Shown piece after piece: positions 8,309-16,156 of a DNA stretch of 64,000 nucleotides. The notes under the pieces were generated by a model, which saw only the letters and a list, made by a program, of their open reading frames with translations, was not told the DNA's origin and ran no database searches. How positions within the stretch are numbered: the stretch's first letter is position 1; every line of letters starts with the position of its first letter. The DNA comes from an uncultured Actinomycetota bacterium (lineage in GTDB: Bacteria; Actinomycetota; Actinomycetes; Actinomycetales; CAWJMD01). Position numbers and translations under genes: made by a program. Location: positions 1,016,131 to 1,080,130 of the forward strand of contig OY969553.1 of the NCBI GenBank assembly GCA_963700925.1, given 5' to 3'.

Positions 8309-9493
8309 GTGAGAGGAACCCTCCTCGGCGTCGCGACAGCAGTGCTGTTGGCTGCTTGCACGCCGTCAGGGGTTCCTGCGCAGGACGCGAATCACGGCGA
8401 CCGAGCAGAACACCCCACCACACACCACACGGCGAAGGCACCTCCCAGCACGCCGTTGAGAGCCTTGGAACGGATCGTCGACCTGGCGATGCCCGCGGCT
8501 TACACCCCACGGGCACCGACGGGCCAGGGCACCGACGACTACCGCTGCTTCCTGCTCGACCCAGGCCTGACCTCGTCCGCCTTCGTGACGGGGGTCGACG
8601 TGCTGCCCGGGCGCAGCGACCTCGTGCACCACGTGATCCTCTTCCGCGTGCCGCCTGAACGGCTCGACGCGGCGGCCGCCAAGGACGCCTCGGAGCCGGG
8701 GCAGGGCTGGACCTGCTTCGGGGGCACCGGCATCGGGCAGGACGGCGGCCCCGGTGCCGAGCTGAGCAGCGCCCCGTGGCTGGGTGCGTGGGCGCCGGGC
8801 GGAGGTGAGCGCCTGCTGGCCGACGACGTGGGCATCCCGCTCGAAGCGGGCAGCCGCGTCGTCATGCAGGTGCACTACAACCTTCTGGCCGGCGACGGCG
8901 ACGACGTCAGCAGCGCCCGACTTCGGATGACCGATGGCACAGCGGATCTCACGCCTCTCGAGACCGTGCTGCTTCCGGCCCCGGTCGAGCTGCCGTGCCG
9001 TGCCGAGCATGCTGACGGACCGCTCTGCGACCGAGAAGCCGCGCTGCTCGACGTCATGAGCCGCTTCGGCCAGGACGCCGGTGGCACGGCCGCCGGACTG
9101 CAGCTGCTGTGCGGCGACGGCGACTTCGTGGCGACGCCGGGCCCGGTTCAGACCTGCGACCGCCAGATCGGCGAGGCGACCACGGTGCGCGCCGTGGCCG
9201 GCCACATGCACCTGCTCGGACGGTCGATCACCATCGAGGCGAATCCCGGCACCGACCGGGCGCGGTTGCTCCTCGACGTGCCGATCTGGAACTTCGACGA
9301 CCAGGGCGCGCGTGGCCTCGACGAGCCCGCGGTGCTGAACCCGGGCGACGTGCTGCGCGTCACCTGTCGTCACGACCAGGCGACACGCGACATGCTTCCC
9401 GCCTTCGACGGCCAGCCCGACCGCTACGTGGTGTGGGGCGATGGCACGACGGACGAGATGTGCCTGGGCATCGCGATGGTCACCCGTCCGTGA
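8309..9493 (+). CDS. lipoprotein with PHM/DBH-like type II copper monooxygenase fold
   Basis: Lipobox LLAAC at the N-terminus. All copper ligands of peptidylglycine alpha-hydroxylating monooxygenase align: VHHVILF and MQVHYN (CuH site); GHMHLLG and TDEMCLG (CuM site). DDYRCF matches DTYLCM. Confidence 0.75.
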   Translation: MRGTLLGVATAVLLAACTPSGVPAQDANHGDRAEHPTTHHTAKAPPSTPLRALERIVDLAMPAAYTPRAPTGQGTDDYRCFLLDPGLTSSAFVTGVDVLPGRSDLVHHVILFRVPPERLDAAAAKDASEPGQGWTCFGGTGIGQDGGPGAELSSAPWLGAWAPGGGERLLADDVGIPLEAGSRVVMQVHYNLLAGDGDDVSSARLRMTDGTADLTPLETVLLPAPVELPCRAEHADGPLCDREAALLDVMSRFGQDAGGTAAGLQLLCGDGDFVATPGPVQTCDRQIGEATTVRAVAGHMHLLGRSITIEANPGTDRARLLLDVPIWNFDDQGARGLDEPAVLNPGDVLRVTCRHDQATRDMLPAFDGQPDRYVVWGDGTTDEMCLGIAMVTRP

Positions 9494-9511
9494 GTGCCGC
9501 TGAACGTCCGC

Positions 9512-9784
9512 TCAGTGGTTGCGCAGCGCCCTGACGAGGTCTGCCTTCTTCATCGACGAGCGGCCGTCGATGCCGACCTCGGCAGCCTTCTTGCGCAGGT
9601 CGGTCACCGTCCAGTCGTCGTAGCTGCCGCTCTTGCCGCCCTTGCGCCCGACCTTGGAACGCGAGGTGTTGTCGGCGGCGTTGGAGATGCGCGCAGCCTT
9701 CTCCTTGCTGTTGCCCTGCTTGCGCAGCTCCTCGTACATCTTGGGGTCCTTCACGCTGGGCCCAGGCGTGCGCTTCGGTGCCAT
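9512..9784 (-). CDS. small basic protein with Rho-N/SAP-like C-terminal domain
   Basis: 90 aa from the ATG at 9784, with AAGGAGG upstream. Lys-rich; the C-terminus TVTDLRKKAAEVGIDGRSSMKKADLVRAL resembles the Rho termination factor N-terminal domain. Confidence 0.75.
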   Translation of the reverse strand: MAPKRTPGPSVKDPKMYEELRKQGNSKEKAARISNAADNTSRSKVGRKGGKSGSYDDWTVTDLRKKAAEVGIDGRSSMKKADLVRALRNH

Positions 9785-9834
9785 CACGGCCTCCTTCGTC
9801 CGGGAAACGGTGCGGGTCCCAGGGTGCCCGAGCG

Positions 9835-11058
9835 TCAGGGAAGTCGCAGCGTGATGACCACCCGGCGGTTCTCGGCCTGGCCCTCCGCGGTGTCGTTCGG
9901 CGCGGCTGGGGCACTCTCGCCGTAGCCGCGGGTGCTCAGGATCGAGGCGTCGATGCCACCCGAGGTCTGCAGCCACGTGGCCACAGAGGCAGCGCGGTCC
10001 TCCGACAGCGACTGGTTGTAGGCGTCGGTGCCCTTGCTGTCGGTGTGTCCCTCGACGGTGATCTTGGAGCCCGCCGGCGCCTTGGCGATCTCGGCGGCGA
10101 TGGCCTGGAGGGTGGGCATCGCGTCCGGCTTGATGTCGGACTTGTCGAACTCGAACAGCACCTCGGCCGGGGTCACGTAGGCCTGCTGGGTCTCGTCCTC
10201 GCGGACTGTCGTGTCAGTGCCCTCCAGCGTGCGCGAGGGCATGCTCGCGCTCTCCACGGACGCAGAGGCCATCGAGACGCTGGGCACGCTCGCGGACGGC
10301 ACGCTCACGCTGGGAGTGCACTCCTGCGAGCCGTCGACCTCGAGGCAGATCCTCGGCCGGAAGAGGGACTCGCGGAACATCGACGCGCGGAACATCGACT
10401 CCCTGAACACCGACTCCCGGAACACCGAGGGGACGAACGTGTCGGTGCCGTCGGCCGGCTGCTCCTGGCACTGCTGCTCCACCCGCTCGCCGGCCACGCT
10501 GTCGCCTGCCGCGGCGTCCCCTTCGGCCTGCTCGCCGGCGAACAGCTCCTCGCCGTCCACCACCACCGGCGGAAGGGTGGCGCCGGGGATCCTGGCGCCC
10601 GGTAGCTCGGCATCGACGATCTCGACTGCGCCGAAGCACGCTCCGGGCGCCTCGTACCGGATGATGCAGCCGCCGTCCACGGTGATGGCCGGCAGGGCGA
10701 AACCCGGCACGCGGACTCCTGGGATCACGGCGTCACCGAGCCGCTGTTCCGGAGCGCTGAAGTCCTCGACCGAGACCGCCGGGATCTCAAGGTCGGGGAG
10801 GTCCTCGACCTCCTTGCCGTCGCCGGGCGCGCAGGCCGGGTTCTCCTCCGCCGCGATGGGTTCGGGTGGGCTCTCGGGCGGCGAGGTGACGGTGGACGTG
10901 GAGCCGGCGCTCCCCTCCAGGGCCCGGCTGTCGGAACCAGGCACCCGGTCGTCGTCGGCAGGGACCAGGCCGCAGCCGCCGGTCAGCGCCAGGCAGGCTG
11001 CGACCAGGACTGCCGCTGCGGGCGAGATGAGGCGGTGGGACGCGCGGGTGCTGGACAT
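9835..11058 (-). CDS. OmpA-family lipoprotein
   Basis: Lipobox LTGGC. C-terminal OmpA peptidoglycan-binding motif VEGHTDSKGTDAYNQSLSEDRAASV...NRRVVITL. Internal (V/M)FRES pentapeptide repeats. Confidence 0.85.
   Translation of the reverse strand: MSSTRASHRLISPAAAVLVAACLALTGGCGLVPADDDRVPGSDSRALEGSAGSTSTVTSPPESPPEPIAAEENPACAPGDGKEVEDLPDLEIPAVSVEDFSAPEQRLGDAVIPGVRVPGFALPAITVDGGCIIRYEAPGACFGAVEIVDAELPGARIPGATLPPVVVDGEELFAGEQAEGDAAAGDSVAGERVEQQCQEQPADGTDTFVPSVFRESVFRESMFRASMFRESLFRPRICLEVDGSQECTPSVSVPSASVPSVSMASASVESASMPSRTLEGTDTTVREDETQQAYVTPAEVLFEFDKSDIKPDAMPTLQAIAAEIAKAPAGSKITVEGHTDSKGTDAYNQSLSEDRAASVATWLQTSGGIDASILSTRGYGESAPAAPNDTAEGQAENRRVVITLRLP
10351..10440. repeat. 15-bp tandem repeat, about 4 good and 2 degenerate units, coding
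   Basis: Units ggactcgcggaacat / cgacgcgcggaacat / cgactccctgaacac / cgactcccggaacac. They encode VFRESVFRESMFRASMFRESLFR within the OmpA-family gene. Confidence 0.85.
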
Positions 11059-11130
11059 GGGACTACCTCCTGGGTCTCGGTCGCCCCATCAGTCGTAGCG
11101 GCCAGGCGAAAAGTTCCCGGCGGCCCCGGA

Positions 11131-12486
11131 TCATTCGTCAACGGCCGTCAGGGTCAGGCTCGCGTCGAGCATCCTGCCGTCCTCGTCGCGGGCGACCAGC
11201 ACGGCGCGTGTGGTGCCCGGGGAGGTCAGGGTCACCTCCACGGAGCGCGTGTTCGGGTAGGTGTTGCCGTCCGGCGTGATCCACACCCAGTCGGCCACTC
11301 CGTCGACCTCCACCTCGAGAGTCGCCGGCACACCGACCTCCAGCTCCTGCGGGCCGGTGAGAACCACCGTGGCGTCGCGCTGGCTCGTCTCCACCCGGAC
11401 CTCGCCGTTCTCGGTCGTCGTCCGGGTCGACGAGCCGTCGTCGCCGGTCGACCGTCCGAGCGTCCAGCCTGCGAACGCTGCGAGGGCTGCCACGACGACC
11501 CCGGCCGCAAGCATTGCTACCAGCGAGGTCCACCGGCGCGGGGCCGGCCGCGCGGGCTGTTCCGCGCCCTCTGTCGGGGCCTGTGGGAGCGAGGGAGTGA
11601 AGGCTGCGGTCACCTCGCGATGCCACAGCTCGGAGGTCGCAGGTCTGTCGTCGGGGCTGCGGCTGAGCCCTCGCGAGAGCGCGGCGGTGAGAGCGGAGCG
11701 GACGGGGACGGGGAGATCTCCGGCTTCCAGCGTCTGGCGCCAGCCACCGTCGTCGCCTGGTGCCTCACCGGTCAGGAGCCAGACGACCAGGGCGCTGGCC
11801 GACCAGATGTCGGCCCGCACGTCGACCCAGCTGCCCCTCTCGCGCTGCTCGGGAGGGGTGAATCCGGCGGTGCCTCCCGAGACCGTGAGCCCGGAGGCGC
11901 GGGCCAGGTCCTTGGACAGGCCGAGATCGGCGACGCAGACACGTTCGTCCGGGCGCAGCACGCGCCCGCCCTGGGGTGGCTCGGCTGTGGCCGGCTCGTC
12001 GTGCGCTGCACCGTTGCCGACCAGGAGCAGGTTGGCGGGGGCCAGGTCACGGTGGACGACTCGTCCGCGGTGCATGGCCCCCAGGGCGTCCGCGACCGCG
12101 TCGACGACGGTGAGCACGTCCTCGGTGGTGGGACGGCGGCCCTCGCTGCGGGCCTGTCCGACACGGGAGGCGAGGTCGCCACCGTGGGCCAGCTCCAGCA
12201 CGAGGAAGGGCTGTGCTCGCTCGGTCTGTCCCACGGCGTGCACGTCGAGCACATGGGGGCTGGCGACGCGGCGCAGCAGCCGGCCCTCGAGGACGAACCG
12301 TTCTCGCAAGTCAGGGTCGTGAGCATGGTTCTCGGCCAGCACCTTGACGGCAACGACCGCGTCGAGCCGCTCGTCGTGTGCCCGGTAGACGGTGGCGAAC
12401 CCGCCGGTGCCGAGGAGCGCGTCGACGCGGTAGGCGCCGATGCTCTCGGGCAGCGTCGGGCCGCCGCGTGCGGCGCCTGGAGTCAC
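11131..12486 (-). CDS. receptor Ser/Thr protein kinase with extracellular PKD-like domain
   Basis: Hanks kinase motifs GTGGFATVY, VAVKVL, HRDLAPANLLL, DLGLSK. One TM helix follows, then a beta-rich C-terminal domain. The GTG start overlaps the sigma-factor stop (GTGA). Confidence 0.9.
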   Translation of the reverse strand: MTPGAARGGPTLPESIGAYRVDALLGTGGFATVYRAHDERLDAVVAVKVLAENHAHDPDLRERFVLEGRLLRRVASPHVLDVHAVGQTERAQPFLVLELAHGGDLASRVGQARSEGRRPTTEDVLTVVDAVADALGAMHRGRVVHRDLAPANLLLVGNGAAHDEPATAEPPQGGRVLRPDERVCVADLGLSKDLARASGLTVSGGTAGFTPPEQRERGSWVDVRADIWSASALVVWLLTGEAPGDDGGWRQTLEAGDLPVPVRSALTAALSRGLSRSPDDRPATSELWHREVTAAFTPSLPQAPTEGAEQPARPAPRRWTSLVAMLAAGVVVAALAAFAGWTLGRSTGDDGSSTRTTTENGEVRVETSQRDATVVLTGPQELEVGVPATLEVEVDGVADWVWITPDGNTYPNTRSVEVTLTSPGTTRAVLVARDEDGRMLDASLTLTAVDE

Positions 12487-13181
12487 GACCTCGTCCCGTG
12501 GTCGGCGGAGGACAGCATGGCCGCCGCCATGGCGCGGCCTCGGGCGATGCGCGTGCGGACGGTGTTGAGCTTGACGTCGAGGCGGTCTGCCACCTGCTCG
12601 TAGGTCAGGCCTTCGATGTCACGGAGCACAACCGCTTCGCGGTACGGGTCGGGGATCGACGCGATGGCTTGGTCCAGAACGGTTCTCGTCGCGATGACGG
12701 ACGAGATGCGGGCGACGTCACCCATGTCGTCGGTGAGGGTGGCCGACCGGCGGCGGCGACGGAGTGCGTCGACGGCCTTGTTGCGGGCGATCGGGTGGAG
12801 CCACGTGGTGAAGCGGCTCTTTCCCTCGTACGAGCCGATGCTCTCGGCCACCGCGATGAGGACTTCTTGGTTCACGTCGTCGGCGTCTGGCTCGTCGAGC
12901 ACGAGCGCCATGATCGTCGGGCGCGCCAGGCGGAGGGCGTCGACGGCCCACAGCACGAGTTCGAGGGCCGTGCGGTCCCCTTCGGCCGCCAGCCCCGCCA
13001 GCGGGTCGAGCAGTTCAGCCAGCCGCGCCAGGTCACCCCGGCGCTCGACCAGGTCCTCGCGCAGGGCGCCGGTCGCCTCGGCGTCCGCCAGGCTCAGCCG
13101 CCCCACCAGGCCTTCGTCCACGGCGCTCAGCGTAGGGGGCGGCCCTCCGCTGACCCGGCACACCTCCTCGGGTGCTGACAC
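12483..13181 (-). CDS. ECF-type RNA polymerase sigma factor with N-terminal extension
   Basis: Region 2 (DADDVNQEVLIAV...FTTWLHPIARNKAVDALRR) and region 4 (YREAVVLRDIEGLTYEQVADRLDVKLNTVRTRIARGR). About 65 extra N-terminal residues show coding-like G/C third positions. Confidence 0.85.
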   Translation of the reverse strand: MSAPEEVCRVSGGPPPTLSAVDEGLVGRLSLADAEATGALREDLVERRGDLARLAELLDPLAGLAAEGDRTALELVLWAVDALRLARPTIMALVLDEPDADDVNQEVLIAVAESIGSYEGKSRFTTWLHPIARNKAVDALRRRRRSATLTDDMGDVARISSVIATRTVLDQAIASIPDPYREAVVLRDIEGLTYEQVADRLDVKLNTVRTRIARGRAMAAAMLSSADHGTRS

Positions 13182-13219
13182 GTTGCCCTCCGGTGAACCC
13201 GTCTGCGTCGCCTTCTGGG

Positions 13220-14632
13220 TCAGGCAGCGTGGTGGCGTAGTGCAAGCTCGATGCGCGCCTCGATTGATGAGGCCAGGTCGATCCGCATTGCACGTTGCAG
13301 ACGTGTTGCTCCTGCCGGGTTCTCGCGTGGCGCTTCTGGGTATCCGAGTGGTGGTGGTGCGGTGGAGTGGTAGGTGTGGCCGGTGGGTGTGGTGACCACG
13401 GTGGTGCCGGTGCTGGTGTCGGTCTGGTCGTCGTGGGTGCGGGTGGTGGTCCAGCCGTGGGTTTCCTTGGTCTGGTTGCAGTGTTCGCAGAGTCCTTGGC
13501 CGTTGGCCAGGGTGGTGGGGCCGCCGTGGTGGTGCGGCCGGATGTGGTCGTGGTGTCTGATCGGGGCGTCGCAGCAGGGGGTGGCGCAGGTTTGGTCGGT
13601 CAGGGTGATCAGGTCGGCTAGGCCTTTGGGGAAGAGTCGGTGTCGGGACTCGAGCGCGACCAGCCGGGTTCGGTCGGGGTTGGTGTAGAGCCGCCGGATC
13701 CAGGCTGTGCCGCGTTCGGTGGCGGCGGCGACCAGGGCCCGCGCTACTGGTGCCGGCACCGGTCCGTGCCCGGGGACGCTGCCGGGTTGGTCACCGCCGG
13801 CGAACAGGGTGGTGTCGGTGATCACCAGCTGCACCTTGACCGGGACCGGGTCGGCGTGGCTGCGGCCGGTGACCCGTTCGATCAGGGTGTCGGCCATCAC
13901 CTGCCCCCGGGTCCTGGCGTCACCGGATGCGGCCGCGGTCTTGGCGGCGGCGTCCAGGGCGGCGTAGACCGCGACCCCCTCGGCGACGGGTAGGTGCCCG
14001 GTCAGCCAGGTCATGGTGTCCGGCGCCGGCCGGATCGAGACCCGCCGGTCCTTGGCCGCCTTCGACGCCCGCGCCGCCGCCGCGGCCGGGTCCAGCTCCT
14101 GCGCCACCCCACGCGCGGCCCGGGTCAGGGCCCGCTCCCCGATCCCCGGCGCGGCCAGCATCGGCCGGAGCCGGGCGTCCACCTCCCGCCGATCAGCCAC
14201 AGACAGGACCGCGGTCTCACGGACCAGGCAGGTCGCGGCCCACTCCCCGATATCACCACGACTCAACGCCGCCAACGTGTGCGGCATCTCCGCCGTCAAC
14301 GCCGCCGCCAACCCGAGCAGCCGGCCACCGCGAGCCGGGGACTCCCGCCGCGCCAACGCGACCTGATCACCGACCCCACGACCAAGCCGCTGCCGCCGCA
14401 CCCCGGCCGCTTCCTGGCCGGCGCGTTGGGACGCCGCGAACGCCGCCGTCACCCGCGCCTGCGCCGCCGCCGCGGCCCGCTTCAACCGCTCCAGCGCCGC
14501 GATCTGATCGATCCGCTCCCCATCGTCCACCTCGTCCACCTCGATCGCGGCGACGTTCCCGAGCTGCGCCGTCAGGGACCGCAACTCGGCGGAGTCCAAT
14601 GGTGCAACAGTTTTCGCATCCTGCTCGAACAT
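13220..14632 (-). CDS. DUF222 / HNH endonuclease family protein (REP13E12-like)
   Basis: 470 aa from the ATG at 14632. C-terminal HNH motif CATPCCDAPIRHHDHIRPHHHGGPTTLANGQGLCEHCNQTKETHGW. Paralogue of the broken gene at 58427-60269. Confidence 0.85.
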   Translation of the reverse strand: MFEQDAKTVAPLDSAELRSLTAQLGNVAAIEVDEVDDGERIDQIAALERLKRAAAAAQARVTAAFAASQRAGQEAAGVRRQRLGRGVGDQVALARRESPARGGRLLGLAAALTAEMPHTLAALSRGDIGEWAATCLVRETAVLSVADRREVDARLRPMLAAPGIGERALTRAARGVAQELDPAAAAARASKAAKDRRVSIRPAPDTMTWLTGHLPVAEGVAVYAALDAAAKTAAASGDARTRGQVMADTLIERVTGRSHADPVPVKVQLVITDTTLFAGGDQPGSVPGHGPVPAPVARALVAAATERGTAWIRRLYTNPDRTRLVALESRHRLFPKGLADLITLTDQTCATPCCDAPIRHHDHIRPHHHGGPTTLANGQGLCEHCNQTKETHGWTTTRTHDDQTDTSTGTTVVTTPTGHTYHSTAPPPLGYPEAPRENPAGATRLQRAMRIDLASSIEARIELALRHHAA

Positions 14633-14792
14633 GTGTACGACACTATCAGTCCGTCCCGACAACCGGGGAAGTTCTCCACAGCGGGCCGGCTGGCGAGGGA
14701 CGGCAGGTGCGAGACGACCGGTGACCGGCCCGCGTGCGGCCGCTCCGAGCCGGACCAGCGCACAGCGTCGCCAACGCCGACGCACATCACCA

Positions 14793-14914
14793 GGACCCAC
14801 CGACGCACCGACCAACTACCCACCCTGGACTCGTCCAGCCCACACAAACATCGCCCGACTGTGTGGGCTGCACGAGCCAGCCACAGGGACGACGTGGGCA
14901 GCAAGAGCAAGGGG
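14793..14914. repeat. direct repeat copy 1 (about 122 bp) with internal 16-bp hairpin
   Basis: Aligns by eye to 15007-15129 with only a few mismatches and indels. Hairpin arms 14830-14845 and 14861-14876 (CTCGTCCAGCCCACAC / GTGTGGGCTGCACGAG) enclose a 15-nt loop. Confidence 0.9.
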
Positions 14915-15006
14915 ACGTACGCCGGTCGCCAGTGATCTGTGCATCTTGGTAGCCGCGACCAGCCGGACCTGGACACTGCACCGCCCGCGTCGGCACGCCC
15001 CACCGC

Positions 15007-15129
15007 GGACCCACCGACGCACCGACCAACTGCCCAAGGTGTGACTCGTCCAGCCCACACAACCATCGCCTGACTCTGTGGGCTGCACGAGCCAGCCACA
15101 GAGACGATGTCGGTGGGAGGAGCAAGGGG
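15007..15129. repeat. direct repeat copy 2 (about 122 bp) with internal hairpin
   Basis: Second copy, 214 bp downstream of copy 1. Hairpin arms are 15045-15060 and 15076-15091. Confidence 0.9.
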
Positions 15130-15144
15130 GGTGACGACCAGTCC

Positions 15145-16098
15145 TCAGCCGGAGTTCGTGGTCTTGATGAGCGGCGCGTCGCGCGAGAGCTCCCGGAACC
15201 CCACGCTGTAGTACAGCCCACGCGCGTTGGGATGCCCAGGCGCACCCAGGCAGACGACCGTCATGTGGGTGGCCCCGGCTGCGCGCGCCAGCTGCATCCC
15301 GTGCAGGAGCATCGCCCGTCCCAGCCCCAGACGCCGGTAGTCCGGATGCGTCCCGACCGGCTCGAACTGGGCGGTCTTGTTCGCTTCGTCGAGCCACATG
15401 ATCGTCGAGGACGCCATCGTCCCGTCGGGCGCCTCCACCAGGACGTGCAGGTCGCCGCGATACCCCGCCGCCTGCCGGACACCCTCGTAGCCCTCCGCCG
15501 TGTACGTCGACGGAGCCCAGGCGTCCAGATGGGCCTGGACCGCGGCCTCCGGCCCGGCCTCGTCGGCGGTGCGGAACCGGAACCCGTCCGGCAGAAGCGG
15601 CTGTTCCACGTCGAGGAGGTCCCGCTCGTTGAGCTGGGTCCATGACCCGGTGTCGCCCAGCGAGGCCGGGTCGGTGTCGTAGCCGTGAGCCGCCCACCGC
15701 TTCAGGGCGAACTCGTCGGCGCCGCTTGGCGTCACGGCGCGCTCGGCGTCCCCCGCCGTGACGTCGTACCAGTCGATCATCTCGTCCAGCAGCCCAGCGT
15801 GGTCGGGATGGACCTGATACGTCAGCAGGGCGCCCGTGACGTCCTTCACCGACCCGTCGCTCCGCCTCACCTGGTGCGGAAGAAAGGTCCAGCCCCACGC
15901 CACCAGATCCCCGCCGGAGGACCACAGCCGACGCAGCCAGCCTGAGCCGTGGCTGGCGTGCCCCTTGCCCCAGATCCAGGCCAGCTCACCGAACGACGCG
16001 TCGCTGTTCACCAGGTCCGGGCGGACGGCGGTGACCCGCTGCGCCAGGCCCTGCATGAGCTCCACGTCCGCCGCGGTCACGAGCTCTTTGTTGGTCAT
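15145..16098 (-). CDS. GNAT family N-acetyltransferase
   Basis: 317 aa from the ATG at 16098. Acetyl-CoA binding motif in VGTHPDYRRLGLGRAMLLHGMQLARAAG. Confidence 0.8.
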   Translation of the reverse strand: MTNKELVTAADVELMQGLAQRVTAVRPDLVNSDASFGELAWIWGKGHASHGSGWLRRLWSSGGDLVAWGWTFLPHQVRRSDGSVKDVTGALLTYQVHPDHAGLLDEMIDWYDVTAGDAERAVTPSGADEFALKRWAAHGYDTDPASLGDTGSWTQLNERDLLDVEQPLLPDGFRFRTADEAGPEAAVQAHLDAWAPSTYTAEGYEGVRQAAGYRGDLHVLVEAPDGTMASSTIMWLDEANKTAQFEPVGTHPDYRRLGLGRAMLLHGMQLARAAGATHMTVVCLGAPGHPNARGLYYSVGFRELSRDAPLIKTTNSG

Positions 16099-16156
16099 GG
16101 TGCGCAACTGTGTCGGGACTCGGCACAGCCGTCGAACCGATTCCCGGGGTTCGCCG

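Noticed and set aside
14572-15245. ORFs 14572-15099 (-) and 14787-15245 (-), which show a repeated peptide (LLLP(P)TSSLWLARAAH...).
   Set aside because: The repeated peptide is simply the translation of the 122-bp DNA direct repeat. There is no codon bias, no RBS and no family resemblance.
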